Shown in pieces: positions 8,562-9,582 of a stretch of DNA of 9,582 bases (position 1 is the stretch's first letter; each line of letters opens with the position of its first letter). Below the pieces are notes generated by a model that made no database searches, was not told the DNA's origin, and saw only the letters and a list, made by a program, of their open reading frames with translations. Origin of the DNA: Azolla caroliniana (lineage: Eukaryota; Plantae; Polypodiophyta); assembly GCA_043228905.1 (NCBI GenBank), contig JBHGNT010001349.1, positions 1 to 9,582 on the forward strand. Reading direction: 5' to 3'. Both the position numbers and the translations under genes were made by a program.

Positions 8562-9478
8562 ACAAACGATTGCATGACAAAACCTGTTATTTTTCAACAA
8601 GCATCAAGACACAAGTTACAACTAGCAAGCTTCTAAACCCACATGATAGCAACTAGGCATTGATATCACCAAAAAACCCTAAAGCCTTTTCCGTTATTTG
8701 GTTTTTCTTTAGCTTCTTTGTGCAAATAGTCCGTTAAGTAACACACACCCTATTATAGATTTAAGGGAGATGAACCTCGAGGTCTAGCTACCTCTTAATG
8801 TCTAGGTAGGCAATGAGCCTTAGATGAAAGGATTATGGTTTGGTGCAAGATAGTTAATATTTGAGCCTTGTATTTAATTCCCGTGCAAATAATGGTGAAT
8901 TTTATAATTTTATAAATCTAAGGAGTTAGCATAATATTTGGTAATTCTAGTTTTATCTCCACATTTATGTGCATAAGTCTCAACCAATAATGTTAAAATA
9001 TATAGAATCCAAAAACATTGATGCACAAAATGCTACCCTCAACTCATAAATTGAGACGAGCTAAAATATATGAAAACAAATCCCTCATTTTCGTTGCGAA
9101 GACCGATGTTATGAAGTATTGATCCCATTGTTTGCATATACTTTTGTCTGTAAATAACAATCAAACAATAAAATTTTCTCAAAGTTATGTGTGTGCATGT
9201 GAAATGTGAGTGGAATTAATGGGGACCTAAACCAAGGAAGATAGTTTGTCGCTAAAGAGTCACGACATTGTTTGGTGTGGAGTCGCCTGTCCAAGTTAGG
9301 TTTATTATGTCAACTTGTGGATTTATCCCACGTGGGAGCAATATGTATATATCTTAGGGGAGATGTTGATGTGAGTATCCTTATATATAATGTTATTGTG
9401 AAGATTGTAATGCATGAGGGTATGTATGAGTATTTGTTTGCTTCCAAGTGTATGAATAAGAGCGTATAGAAGTGTACA

Positions 9479-9502
9479 TGTGTGTGTGTGTGTGTGTGTG
9501 TG
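9479..9502. repeat. (TG)12 microsatellite within a TATGTG-type low-complexity tract
   Basis: Read directly from the sequence. Confidence 0.9.
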
Positions 9503-9582
9503 TATTCATGTATATTTATGTAAATATTATTCGCAAGAATATATGTATATGTGTATATGTGTGTAAGTCGGATAAGGGGATG

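Noticed and set aside
9109-9469. ORFs 9109..9294 (-) and 9272..9469 (+)
   Set aside because: Short, no recognisable domain, and in repeat-like intergenic sequence.

Overview
AT-rich plant nuclear DNA; this is eukaryotic, not microbial. The left part (256-3715, minus strand) holds the first eight coding exons of a GT8-family galacturonosyltransferase (GAUT1/GAUT3-like, pectin homogalacturonan synthesis). All eight exons join through GT-AG introns into an uninterrupted 403-codon frame, and the gene continues off the left edge, so most of the catalytic domain is outside the window. Upstream (3716-5100) is a microsatellite-rich leader/promoter region with a probable 5'UTR intron and a candidate spliced uORF. 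The right part (5545-9582) is degraded retrotransposon sequence. It contains the 3' end of a Ty3/gypsy chromovirus (integrase C-terminus, frameshifted chromodomain, PPT, ~395-bp LTR), an abutting Ty1/copia RT (YVDD) fragment in the opposite orientation, and a second related chromovirus PPT/LTR remnant. I found no convincing novel biological system. The best leads are regulatory: the candidate spliced uORF and an LTR promoter aimed at the gene.
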